NCBI GenBank assembly: GCA_004431415.1
Contig: QPMI01000145.1
Location: 62,001-126,000 of the forward strand
Origin: Cyanophora paradoxa CCMP329
Taxonomy: Eukaryota > Plantae > Glaucophyta
Direction: 5' to 3'
Length of the DNA stretch: 64,000 nucleotides
Part shown: in pieces, positions 45,704 to 60,090 of the stretch
Layout: each line of letters starts with the position of its first letter
Numbering within the stretch: position 1 is the stretch's first letter
Notes under the pieces: model-generated
Told to the model about the DNA's origin: nothing
Databases searched by the model: none
What the model saw: the letters and a program-made list of their open reading frames with translations, nothing else
Program-made: the position numbers and the translations under genes

Positions 45704-48700
45704 ATGGAGGAAGCTTCTGCGGGGTGCGGCTCGCGGCTCTTGATGTGCTCCGTCTGCTCCAATTGCTTTGTTCTCACGCACGAGCGCAGCGAGGCTCGCC
45801 CGGGCGGCGCCTGCGCCGAGCGCGGCGAGCGGGAGCTGGCCATGGGGAGAGCATCGGGGCACACGGCGTCCGCCGCCGCTGCTGTTCATGGTGCCGCTAG
45901 CACGTCCACACAGCTCGCAGCATCGTTCGCCCTCGCCCGAGCCGGCTCAGCCGGCGGATCGCGCGGCACGGTCTTCCGCGCGGCGCCTGCTCGGCCGTTG
46001 GTGCACACAGCGCTTCCTGCGCCGCCCGGCGAGCGCAGCGGACCGGCAGCGCACGTGAGGATGCGGGAAGAGCTCCTGCAGCTGCGCGAGCGGCAGCTCC
46101 CCATCGTAGCCGTCCGACAAAGCGCTAGTACTAGTACCAGTGTTTCGGAGGCCGAGCGGCGCGCGGCGGCCGCTGCCCCGGAGCGGGACCGAGAGGCGGA
46201 GCTTGCGTCGCGCGTCGCGGATCTTGAGCGGCAGCTGCAGCGGCAGGCGACGGAGATCGAATCTTTGAACGCGCGGCTGCAGCAGATCCAGGGGCTCCGC
46301 TCGTCCGACTCTTCGAGCAGCACCAGCCCGGCGCCGCCCCGATCGAAGCAGCAGCCGCAGCCGCCAACGCCGAACGACGAGCGTTCGGCGAAACGGCAGC
46401 GGACGGCGGGCCCGGACACGGCGCCGGCGTGCCCCTTCGACGTCCTCCCGGACGAGCTGGTGAAGCGCATCTTCGAGCAGCTCGGCATGCACGCCGCCTA
46501 CCGCGGCTGCGTCGACGACGTGTGCCGGCGGTTCCGGCGCGTTCTGGCGCTAATAGAGTGGCCGGCGCTCGTCGTTTCCCTGCACATCGCCAAGGGACTG
46601 CGCCCCATTTACGACGACGAGTCCGACGACTCGGAAGATCGGGTGCGCCTCTTGCACTTGCATAGCTATGATCAAGCTTGCTTAAGGCCGATCTTAGCGG
46701 TCGCACGCAGTACCGCGACCGGAAGTCGGAGGCTGAGGTGCTAGTGGAGACCTGGCGGAAGCTGCTGCTGGGGGGCCGGGCGCGCCTCAAGGAGGGCGGA
46801 AAGGTGACTGTCTACATCAACTTTCCCAAATACTTGAACCGAGATGAATACGTGAGCGCCCTAGCCGCTGCGTTCTTACCGCTCTCGTTCATCTTGCTGA
46901 CTCGAGATCTACCCTTGGACCAGTTTCCCGACGAGGCGTTCCGCGAGTGTAAGGAAGTTGGGGCGCAGCTGCCCGCCTTCTTCAGCGCCGCCGCGCGAAA
47001 ATCGCCGGGCGGCCTTGGGACCGCTTGCATTTCTCTTCATGGCGACACAACGATGTTTTTTGTGCGTCCATGGCTCTGTTTCTTTAATCCTTTGAATTGC
47101 TACCCATGCTACCTCACCATGGCCTCACCGTGCCTTAACTTGTCTCACCATGCTACCCATGTCTCAGGTGTACAGGTCGGATGCTCGGTTCAAGATGGAC
47201 GAACTTCTGTGCAACGTCGCGCTTGGCCTCGGCACCAGCGGCGGGGCCCGTTGCTTGAAGTTTCGGTCCTCTGTCGACGAAGTACTCAAGGAGACTGCAG
47301 CACGCCGCGCGACCTCCGACGTGCTCCAGCGGTCCCTCCAGCCGCTCTCGTCCACCCTGCGCGAGCTGGAGCTGCCCTCAGACTTCTTCCTGCTCTCCGA
47401 CGATGCCCGGGCGATCGTGGCGTCCCTGCCTGGCCTGCAGAAGCTCGACGTTGTGTTGGGAGAGGACGATGCGGGCGGCTCGGGAGCTGCCAACGCCATC
47501 GGACAGTTGTCATCGCTCCAGAATCTGACGCTCGGACTTCAGAACCCGACCCGTGACAGCGCCACGGATGTGCTGCAGGGCATTGCACGTGGAGTTGCAG
47601 CTCAGTCGTTGAAGACTCTTCTCGTGGCTTGTACGCTAGTTGATGATATCACTACTCCTCTCACTAGTACTGCACCTCGTAATCCATTTGGCAGATCTTG
47701 GCGCCCTCACACCAGACGCCATGGAATGGATTGCACGCATGCATGGTCTCACCGGGCTTTCCATTACTGTGAGCCTCACATTCTAAAACGCCATCCTCTC
47801 CGCACGCTGCTCGTCCACTGATGGACTGATTTCGCTATGTATGCAGGTGAACCGGAGGAGCGCGCGCAGCCTGCGCAAAATCTCGGCTCTCCGTTCGTTG
47901 GAGTATCTAGGACTTTTCCTAGGTCTCCCAGAAGCGCCAGAGGAAGGCTACACCGAATCTGAGGCGTCCAGAGCGATGCGGCACACGAAGGAAATGTGCG
48001 AGGACGTGGCTGACGCCCTGAGGCCCCTCGTTCGCAAACAGCGGGCGGAGGGCCAGACGCCCTCCCAGGGCATTCAGACCATGAGGCTGTGGGTTTGCCA
48101 GGAGGATCACCACCTGCGCGACGGGGCGCGCGTGTCCCCCTTCGACTCGGTTGCCTTTGCGGACCTCGTCTCTTCCATCTCGACAGTCCTCACCTACGTC
48201 GAGTGCGTTGCGTATTTTTCAGTTGCAGTTGGTGTTTTCGTCCTTAGGTTGACATGACAGGGCCCGGTCCCACCTTGCAGGTACGAGACGTTCGTTCTCG
48301 ACGCGCCGTCCACACGCGAGCTGGAGGCGCTGGCGGCCTGTCCGCGGCTGGAAATCATGGAATTCCGGCACCGCGCGCAGCACGCCACCGACGTGCAGGT
48401 GTACAGGTTCGCCGTATATATATGGTCGTCTGCGTTCTGGGCTTCCTTTAAAGCAGAAGTGTTCGCGCTTCGCAGCTCCATCAAGCACGTGGAGGAAGTC
48501 GATGACTGCGCGCCTCCAGCAGCAAGCTCAAGTGTCTCCGGCGACAGGGCCATCAGCCTTCCCGGCGACTGCACTCTCTCGGTCCACGTCGCCGTCCCGC
48601 CGCGGCATCGCTCCGCCAAGGAGGTCATCCAGTCGCTGCTGCAGACGTGGCTCCCGTCCAACACGGACAACGAGATAGACGTGTTCTGCTACGACCACAA

Positions 48701-48704
48701 CTGA
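45704..48704 (+). CDS. F-box protein with coiled-coil N-terminus and LRR-like C-terminal region (spliced; start could be 46061)
   Basis: F-box PFDVLPDELVKRIFEQL...VCRRFRRVL. LRR-like segments TLRELELP, LPGLQKLDV, LSSLQNLTL, LRSLEYLGL, CPRLEIMEF. Ends IDVFCYDHN* at 48704. Confidence 0.75.
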
Positions 48705-48950
48705 AAGTTACATGTGCATGCCTTGTACATGTAACCCATGTTCTAGGCAGCTTGCCGACCCGTCTTTGCGCAGGCGCCGGCATAAGCTTTTTTCTGTAGC
48801 TTGATATTGCATTTGCATTCGAATTTGAAACGAATCGCGCTTGCAAGTACTGCAAGTCGCGATCGCAGGGGGGGGGTATAGTGGGCCCAGAGGGGGGTGA
48901 GCCGGGAGGGAGGTCTCGAAGCTTTCAGACTAGCTGCCGCAGCCCCCCGG

Positions 48951-51900
48951 CTAGTAAAGGGGGCGGGTGGGCGAGCCGCCTCGCGAGCCGGGCCCCGGCC
49001 AGGACCCGGCGCCCACGCCGGCGCCGCCGCTGAACGCCCCCTCGCCCCCGCCCTCCTCCTCCTCCTCCTCGCCCCCGCTGGAGCGGCGGCGGGGCGGCGA
49101 GCGGCCGGCCGGGGCCTCGGAGCCGGGCGAGGCGGTCAGCGTGTAGGCGTGCGAGATCGAGTCCGACACCAGCGTGAGGTACTGCGGCGGCGTCAGCTGG
49201 CCCCTCTCTCCCACCAGACAGATCAAATTGAAGCTCGACTCGCTCGGCTGGGCTCACCTGGCGGCGGGCGGCGGACTGGCGGGCGAGCTCGAGGTCCCGC
49301 TCCTCCGTGTCCGCCAGCTGCTTCGTGATCTGCTCACTTGCAGTTAGCAATTGTTAGCGGATTTGAAAGCAAATTCAAACGGGCCTCGTAGAGCTTGTCG
49401 GCCATGGCGGAGACCTGCCGCTCGAGGTCCGCGCTGTGGGCGACCCGCTTGCGGCCCAGGGCGTGCACCCACGCCACCCACGCCCGCGTCCGCAGCCGCT
49501 CCCGCGCCCCCGCCTGCCCCCGGCGCCGGCGCCCGCCTCGCCTCAGCCGACGCGGAAGCAAGCGAGGGCGAGGCGGCGGCGGCAGGGGCGGGCGGGGCAA
49601 AGGCGCACGCGGAAGTGGTCGACGACGCGGACGGCGGTGAGGCGCGCGTGGCGCGTGCGGTCCGCCCACTCCCGCCACGCCCGCATCACCCGCATCACCT
49701 GCGCGCGAGCGCACACACGCGTCAGAGATCCAGATCCAGACCCAGAGCAAAGACCGGGCCGCCGCAAAACGCGCGGGGGGGCCTCGCGGTCGTGGGACTT
49801 AAAAGAGGGGCGGGCGCGAGGGGCGGGCAGGCAACGGGGGGAGTGGCATGGGCGGGCGGGCGGTCTGGAGCAGTCTAGAGCAAGGCCGGCGGACGCGGCG
49901 CGGGCGGGACGGGGCGGGGCGGGACGGGGCGGGGCGGGGCGGGGCGGGGGCGGGCCTGGCGGTCGTGGAACTTGAAGTGGAGGCAGAGGGCCATCCGCTC
50001 CATCAGCGCCCCCCGCTCCGCCTCCCCCGCCACCTCCCGCTCCTGCGCGGCGGGTCGGCGGCCGGGCCGGCGGGCGCTGAGCGAGGGGGCCGGGGAGCTG
50101 GCAAGCTGACGTGCGCGCGCACCCGTACTTCAGAGTCGCGGAGGGCGGCCGCCGCCTCCGCCCGCCGCTCCGCCTCTACCATCGCCCTGGCGAGAGGCGC
50201 CGCCGCCGTCAGCTTCGAATCCGGGGCTGGCTGGCGCGGGCGCGGGCGAGCGGCCGGCGCCGCCTCTCGCCGCCTCGCACGCATGCGCGCACCGCTCGGC
50301 GTCCTCGGTCCGCGTCTCCATGCGGACGCGCGAGCGCGCGTCGGCGCGGACCTGCGCCCGAGAGTTAGTAAGTAAGCTAGCTAGATAGCTAGCTGTCAGT
50401 TATCTACTTAGTTAGCTAGCAAATCTCTCTAAAAAGAGTTTTTCTCGTGACCTTCCAGACGAAGAGGGTCTTGAGGAGGCGGAGGCGCTCCTGTGCCTCC
50501 TCGAGCGCCTCGAACTGCTGCTCGGCCAGCGTCGACTGCACGGCAAGCTCCCGCCTGGCCTCCTCCAGCGCCCCGTCCGCCTCCCGCCGCTCCGCGCGCA
50601 GCCGCTCCGCCTCCGCCCGCCCGTCGTGCAGCGCCCGCGCCTCCGCCTGCCGGGCCCCAGACGACGGCTCACGAGAGAAAGGAAGAAAAGGAAGGCTTCT
50701 TCATGCTCCTAGAGCTTAAGAAAGGCCTCCTAAGGTCGGGGCTCGCTCGCATGCGCACGTCGAGGGCGGCGAGGCGGCGGGAGAGCTCGTCGCGCTCGGC
50801 CATGCGCCCCGCCTCGCTCTCCATGAGCGCCGCCTCGTGCTTCAGCCGCCGCTCTCGGTCCAGCACCGTCTGAAAGGGCGGGGAAGGGGAGGGCGGTCAG
50901 GTAGAGGTAGAGGGGCGGGGCTGGGAGGGGCGGAGGGTGGGGGGGCTGGCTGCCTTCCAGACGAGGAGGGCGCGGCAGGACTCCCAGCGCCGCGAGCGCT
51001 GCGCCAGCGCCTCCGTCCGCCAGTCCGCGAAGGCCGCCTGCAGCACCGCGCGCCGCCCCGTCCGCTCCGCCCGCCGCTCCGCCCGCTCCCCCATCGCCTG
51101 CCCCGCCCGCCGCCCGGCTCGCTCGCTCGCTCGCTCGCGGAGGGCGCCGCGCCGCGCCGCGCCGCGCACCGCCTTGCGCCGGCGGTGGGCGACGTAGGCG
51201 CGCCAGGCGGCCCACGCATCGCGGCAGCGGCCGGCCTCCCACCGCCTCGCGATGCGGTCGCCCGCGACCGTCCGCGCGTGCCGCGCCGCCGCCCACCTGC
51301 GTGCGGCACAGGCGCCGCCGTCAGCAGCGCGGCCGGGGAGAGCGGGCGGGCGGGCGTGGGGACCTCCGCCAGGCCGTGAAGGCGCGGGTGGTGTCCAGCG
51401 CGGCGCAGGCGGCGGCGTGGCGGTCCGCCAGCGAGCGCGCCGCCGCCGCGCGCCGCATCCCGCCCGTCTCCAGCTGCTCGTACTGCGGCTCGTCAGAGCG
51501 AGCCCGACAGGCGGGGCGGGCGGGGCGGGGCGGGGCGGGGCGCACGTGGAGGAGCGCGCCGCGTCTTCCGCTTCCCTCCGCGCAGCCTCCTCCGCCGCCT
51601 GCGCCGTCCGGCCCCGTCAGGCGCCGGAGCGGGCGCCGGGCGCTGGGCGGCGCGGGGCGGCGCCTTCTCGGCCTTGCGGCGTGCGGCCTGCAGCTCGCGC
51701 TCCAGGGAGGCCACCGTCCCCTTCAGCTGCACCACTGCGCGGGCCGCGGCGTCGGGCGCCCGCCCGTGCAAAGCGGAGCGGGGCGGGGCGGGGCGGGGCG
51801 GGCGGGGCGGCGCACGCTCGAGGGCTGCCTTCTCGGCCGCCACGCGCGCGTCCAGCGCGTCCCGCTGCGGCCGTGCGAGTGAGTCGGACCGGCGCCAGCG

Positions 51901-54900
51901 GCGGCGGCGCTCTTCAGAGCGGCGCCGGGGCGGGGCGGGCGAGCGGGCGGACCTTGGCCGAGTCGAGGCGGCGGGCGTACTCCTCCTTCTCCATCTCCGA
52001 GACGCGCCGCACTCGGTCCCCCTCCTGCGCCCGCCAGTGAGCCCTCGCTCGCCTCCGAAGAAGAAGGGGAGGGGGGCGAGGGGGCCGGGCGGGCGGGCGC
52101 GCCTTGCCGTCGGCGAGGGCGGCGCGCAGCTGCGACTGGAGGCCCTCCGCCTGTACTTTCGCCGCCGCCGCCTCCCGCCGCGCCTCGCTCTGCAGTCGTA
52201 GGCGCCGCCCGCGTGAGCAGAGGGGAGGTAGAGGGGGTAGGGGGCGCACAATCTCCTCCATGCAGCGCGCCGCGTCGCGCTCCCGCTCCTTCGCCGCCTC
52301 CGTCTGAGGCAGTCGCGGAGGGGCGCGGTGAGGGCAGAGTTCAGAGGGCGGGAAGGGCGCGCACGGCGCGGCCGAGGGCGTCGCGGAGCTGCGCCTGCGT
52401 CGCCGCCAGCTGCGCCTGCACCTCCCCGAGCCGCTGGCGGGGGCGTCAGGCACAGCAGACAGAGCCGAGCGGGCAGAGAGGGCGCGGGGGGAGGGGGCGA
52501 AGGGGGGTACCTGGGCCTCCTCGGCGTTGGCGCGCTGCAGCTGCTCGATGCGCTCCGCGTCCCGCCGCTGGTACGCCCGCTGCCAAACCGAACCAGTAAG
52601 TCAGCGGCCAGCGAAAGAGCGAGCGAGTGCTGGCCGGCCCCGCCGCGCGCGCGCGGGCACCAGCTTCTGGACCTCCTGCTGGAGCAGGTCCCGCTCCACG
52701 CCCGCCCGCTCCGCCTCCACCTGCCCCGAGCGAGCAAGCAAGCAAGCAGGTTAGCCGGCTCAGCTCCTGCCGCCCGCCCGCCCGGCCCCAAGAAGCTTAG
52801 AGCAGGCGTAGATAGATCCAGGCTGAGAACAGAGCCGAGCGGGCCTTGAGCTCGGGGACGAACAAGAACAAGCTTAGATAGCTCCAGGCTTAGAAGCTTA
52901 GAAGAACACGCTTAGATAGCTCCAAGAAGCTTGAAGAACAGGCTTGGATAGATAGATAGATCCAGGCTTAGAATAGGACGGGCGGGCCTTGAGCTCGGGG
53001 ACGAGGCGGGCGAGTACGCCCTCCTTCTCCCCCGCGATGGACTGCGCCTCCTGCCGCGCCATCGCCAGCTGCGACGCCAGGCCCTCCTTCTCCCGCTCCC
53101 TCAGCGCCAGCGCCTGCGCGCGCGAGGAAGAAGCTCAGCGGAGGGAAGGACGGCTCGATCGGATCGCGCGCGCCTGGTCGCGGCGGTCGAGCTCCTCCTC
53201 GAGGGCCTCGCGCGCCGCCTCGCTCTCCTGCAGCTGCTCCGCCAGCTTCTGCGCCGCCTGCACCGCCTCCCGCAGGTCCGCACGCAGGTCCCTGGGCGAG
53301 GGGAAGACGATGAGCGATGGGGGAGGCGGGGCGGAGCTACAAGCCAAGACAAGACAGAAGAGCCAAATGGGCTGCAGGCAGGCAGGCGCGCACCCGGCCT
53401 CGCGCATGCGCTCCTCGACCTCGGCCTGCGACGCGTCCGCCTCGGCGCGCTGCAGCACCCGCCGCTGCTTCACCTGCCCCGCCGCCCCGCCCCCGCTTTC
53501 AGAGGAGGGGGAGGAGGAGGGGAGAGGGGGGGTGACGGGTCGTCTCGGTCGCCTCGTACCTCGCGGCGGAGCTCGGCGGCGGCGGCGCGGGCCTCCTCCT
53601 CGGCGCGGCGCGCCGCCTCGGCCTGCTTCGCATGCGCGCTCTTCCACCGCTCCACCTCCGCCTCCGCCTGGACGATAGATGGATCTCAGAAGAAGAAGCA
53701 AGAGGAAGAGAGAGAAGGGAAGGGGGCGCTCGCCAGCTCGCGGGCCTCGATCTCGCGCATGACGCGGGCGCGGCTCTCCGCCAGGTCCCGCCGCACCCGC
53801 TCCTTCCCCTCCCCCGCCTTCCCCGCCTCCGCACGCAGCTCCTCCGTCACCTGGGGGCGAAGGAAAGCACTCAGTCCCCACCCGCCCCCGCTCCCCAGCT
53901 TCGCCCCACCTTTAAAGCTGCGACGACGCGGGACATGAGCTCCTTGCGGACGACCTCGCGCTGGTGCTTGGCCCGCCGCAGCGCGATCTTGTACGCCAGC
54001 ACCTGCCGCGCCGGCCGGGCCAGGCGTCAGCAGGGGCCGGAGGGGGGTTGAGTGCGGGCGGGCGCGCCTGCCGCTCGAGAGCGTCGACCTTCTCCGACTC
54101 GGTGAGGTTGGCGGGGAGGGGCCCCCCCGACCCCTCCGCCAGCAGGTCCGACCCGTCGTCGTCCAGGGGCGCCGCCCCGCCCCTCAGCTCCCGCAGCGTC
54201 TCCGAGAGCCGGAGGTACGAGGAGGGCACGTCGCCCGGCGCCGCCCCCGTCTGCGTGCCCGAGAGCAGCGCCGAAAGCTCGGCCTCGAGCCCCGCGATGG
54301 CCCGCTGCTCGGAGGAGGCGCTGAGGGCGCCGCCGGACTGCACCGACTCGCGCAGGCCGACGTGCGCGGGCGGGGATCCGCCGCGCGCGGGGGTGGCCCG
54401 CGGCGTAGGCCGCGAGGGCGGCGCCGAGGCCGCCCGCTCCGTGCTGCGGCTCACGTCGACGCCGCTGCCGCCGCGGCTCGCGAGGGACATCACCGCCTCC
54501 GCCACGCGGCTCACGTCCTCCTTGTACCCCCCGAAGGACTGCGGGGCGTCGGTCAGGGGCTTCAAATTCTGAGCTTCTCAGAGAGAGCGAGAAAGGACGG
54601 CCGGCTCGCCTTGGGGACAGTGGGCATGCCGATGGTGTGGATGCGCTGCGCGAACTTGAGAGTGGCCAGCGTCTCCTTGTACGACGTGTACCTGAGGGGC
54701 GCGCGGGTGGACACCGGTCGGTCGAGGGGGGAGGGGAGGGACGGAGGGAGGGGCACGCACTGGGGGGAGGGCGAGATGGTGGCGAGGAGGACCAGCTCGC
54801 AGCCGGGGACGAAGCTGGCGGGGGGGTACCGGACCTCGGCGAGGGCTGGGGGGGCGGGCGCTCGGAAGGGAGCGGAGGAGGGGCAGCGCACGTGTCGCGG

Positions 54901-56721
54901 AGGACGTGGTTGACCTTGCAGTCCCGGAAGGGCTTGTGGGGGCACGCCCCGTGCAGGAACTGACCGGCGCGCGCGCTCAGAGCTCAGGGGAGCAAGGAGG
55001 AGGAAGAGGCGGAGGCGACGCCCGCCCGCCCGCGCGCCCACCTGGATCATGTTGGTGAAGGCGTCGAAGGCGAGCGCGATGCGGCGCCGCTCGACGGCCG
55101 GGGCGCCCCGCCCGTACCCGTCCTTCTCGTGCGGCTGCGTGCCCAGAACGGGCGCTCAGCCTGGAGCGGAGGGGTGCATACATAAAGAACGCGGCAGGCG
55201 TCCGGACCTTCTCGGAGCCTGCGTACTCGACGAAGTGCAGCTTGGTGCCCTTGCCTGCCGCCCGCCCCGGCCTCAGCCTAAGCCTGGGCACTCGTGGCTA
55301 GGCCGCGGACCGATGGGCTGCCCGTCGGGCCCGATCTCGGCGTCGGAGTAGAGGCCCACGGTGAAGACCGTGTGGCTCCGCGCCTCGAGGTCCTCCGCCT
55401 CCTCCGTCGCCGCCGCCCGCACCAGCGCCGAGCTGCCGGACCGGGGCGTTGGAGGGGAAGGAAAGGAGAGGAAAGGAAGGAAAAGGGAGAGGAGGGGCAC
55501 CGCTTGAAGATCTTGTCGGCGGCGTTAAAGCTGTCGAGCCGGCGCTCGGTGAGGCCCTGCGCGGAGGTCAGGCGCGCAGGCGCGGCGAGGGCGGCAGGCG
55601 GGGGCGGGCGGGCGGGCGAGCGGGCCTTCACGTGCGTGCCGCGGCGCCTCTCCTCGCGGTCCGCCTCGAACGGGTCGAACGGCACGCGGGGCGGCAGCTG
55701 CCCGATCTTCAGCTTGGGGACCTCCGGGACGCGCTGGCCCATCTTCCCGATCCTGCGCGGCGGCGGCGCGGGCGGGCGGTTGGGACGGGCAGGGCGCCGG
55801 CAGGGCGGGGGCCTCCGCACTTCGCGACTGCCTCCTTGACCTCTCCGGCGTTGTACGCGGCAATGTCCTTCTGCGGCGTGAGCGGCGCCGAGCCCGGCGT
55901 CGCCGGCCGCTGCCTCAGGCCGGCCGTCGGCGTCGAGCCGGGCTCGCCGGGCTCGCGCAGGCCCTCCATGATCTTCAGGTTCTTGTTCCGCGGCTTCAGC
56001 AGGTCGTAGAGGTTCTCGTTCTGGACCTGCAGGAACGAGACGAAGATGTTCACGCCGCCGCGCTTCGCCGCCGATCGGGATTTCGAGTCTGCGCGCGCGA
56101 GAATCCTTAGCTGCGCGCGCTGGGACTCGCGCCCCCGCCCTGCGCGCTCACAGTCGAGGATGTGCTCTATGGCCCGCTGGATGATGCCGCGCTCGGACAC
56201 CGGGCCGTGAGCGGGTCCTTCCAGGCTGTAGGACTTCCCCGTAGAAGTCTGCCCGTACAGAAACACCGCCGCACTCCGCCCCTGGGGCCCCGCAGCTAAG
56301 TCGGGGCGCCTCGAAGCCGGCGGCGGAGAGGGCCGCGGCACCTTGAGGACTGTCCTGACCGCCTTCCTTACGCTGTTTTCGTAGACAAGGCTCTGCGAAG
56401 TCCTCGCATCGTACACCTGGTCGAAGGTGAACGTCCTGTGGTCCCCGATCTCAGCGTCGTCCAGGGAAATGGTGTCGCCCGCGACGGAGAAGGCCTGGCG
56501 CTCCCTGCGGAACAGTGCATCAGAGCGAGCCGCATATAGGCGCATTGTCTCGCCGCCCAGCTGGCGCACCCCTCGTTCACGGGCTTGACCCGGACGGCGA
56601 CATGCACATGGCAGCCGCGGGGCGGGCTAGAGTCGCGCTCGTCTCGCTCGTGCGGGCTGCTGCTGCGTGCTCGGCCAGACCGCACGCTGCTAGCCCGCTC
56701 CAGCTCCTCCGCGTCACTCAT
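48951..56721 (-). CDS. Divergent kinesin-like protein: N-terminal motor domain plus long coiled-coil tail (many exons)
   Basis: HVAVRVKP, FTFDQVY, FLYGQTSTGKSYSL, GIIQRA, VSFLQVQNENLYDLL, RSHTVFT, LHFVEYAGSEK, PFRDCK, LLATISP, ETLATLKFAQR. Downstream exons are E/A/R-rich heptads. Treating the tail to 48951 as one gene is an inference. Confidence 0.85.
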
Positions 56722-58405
<1,684 letters not shown>

Positions 58406-59281
58406 GCTGACCGCTGATGGCGGACGCCCGCATCGAATCGGGTCGACGTCGAAGCGGAATCGCTGAGTCAGTGATTCATTGTGGTAGGGCTAGGTAGCTT
58501 AGGTCGCGGGCGCAGGTCGCCCGTCCTCGTTATAAATATATACGTCTATATGGCGGATCGGGGGTACGGAAAATTTGCGGTAGCGCGACGATTACGGCGG
58601 CGCAGCGGGCCAGGTTTCCCACCCGTGGGTTCCTGATAACGCTGCGTGTCAAGCTGCTCGGAAAGTCGCGCGCCAGCTCCACCCGACCCCCGTAGCCAGA
58701 ACGCGCTAGATAGACCAGCCGGGCGTGCACGGACAGCCGACACGAGCACATCATCACCAAGCGCAACCGCCGAAGTCGATAGCCCGCCCCCGGAGCGCCA
58801 GGCAGCCCCGCCAACCTCGCCGCGTCATCTTTTTTGAATTCCACGGACCCCCGGACCCCACCTGCGCCCTGCGCGTAGCGCAAAGCACTCGCCCTGCCTC
58901 TCCCGATAGAAGATAAGAGCTCTTAAGCAACTGAACTGCCGCCCAGTCCCCGCGCATTGCGCCTCGGTGCGGACACTCACTCGCTGCCTGTCACACCGCA
59001 GTCATGAGCCGACCATCCACGGACTACACACCGGATGTCGCCGCCATGCCCGGCGAACGACGTAGACCGTGCTTGCGCGACGCTCGCCGGCGCCCAGGCC
59101 CCGCGGGCCCACGCCCCCGCCCGCTTTCCCCCGGACTGGGCCCAAAGGGCGCCCACCTGGACTCCTCCCCCCCGAGGTCGGTACAGAAGCGTGTACGCTC
59201 GGACCCCCTGCCCCCCGTCCGCAGTCCGAGCCAGACGAGGCCCGCCCGGACCCGGCCTTCAAGCCGGCCCCCGCCCTCCCG

Positions 59282-60090
59282 CCCCAGCGCCCCGCCCTCG
59301 CCCTCCGGCTCCAGCGCCCCGCCCTCGCCCTCCGGCTCCAGCGCCCCGCCCTCGCCCTCCGGCTCCAGCGCCCCGCCCCCACCCTCCGGCTCCAGCGCCC
59401 CGCCCCCGCCCTCCGGCTCCAGCGCCCCGCCCCCGCCCTCCGGCTCCAGCGCCCCGCCCCCGCCCTCCGGCTCCAGCGCCCCGCCCCCACCCTCCGGCTC
59501 CAGCACCCCGCCCCGCCCTTCGGCTCCAGCGCTCCGCCCCGCCCTTCGGCTCCAGCGCCCGCCCCCCACCCTCCGGCTCCAGCGCCCCGCCCCACCCTCC
59601 GGCTCCAGCGCCCGCCCCGCCCTCCGGCTCCAGCGCTCCGCCCCCGCCCTTCGGCTCCAGCGCCCCGCCCCCACCCTCCGGCTCCAGCGCCCCGCCCCCA
59701 CCCTCCGGCTCCAGCGCCCCGCCCCCGCCCTCCGGCTCCAGCGCCCCGCCCCGCCCTCCGGCTCCAGCGCCCCGCCCCACCCTCCGGCTCCAGCGCCCCG
59801 CCCCACCCTCCGGCTCCAGCGCCCCGCCCCGCCCTCCAGCTCCAGCGCCCCGCCCCCGCCCTCCGGCTCCAGCGCTCCGCCCCCGCCCTCCGGCTCCAGC
59901 GCCCCGCCCCCACCCTCCGGCTCCAACGCTCCGCCCCCGCCCTCCGGCTCCAGCGCCCCGCCCCGCCCTCCGGCTCCAGCGCCCCGCCCCCGCCCTCCGG
60001 CTCCAGCGCCCCGCCCCGCCTCCGGCTCCAGCGCCCCGCCCCGCCCTCCGGCTCCAGCGCTCCGCCCCGCCCTTCGGCTCCAGCGCCTTG
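59282..60090. repeat. 23-24 bp GC-rich minisatellite (~34 units)
   Basis: Unit CCCTCCGGCTCCAGCGCCCCGCC(C/A)C. It is open in all frames, which explains the stacked ORFs here. Confidence 0.95.
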
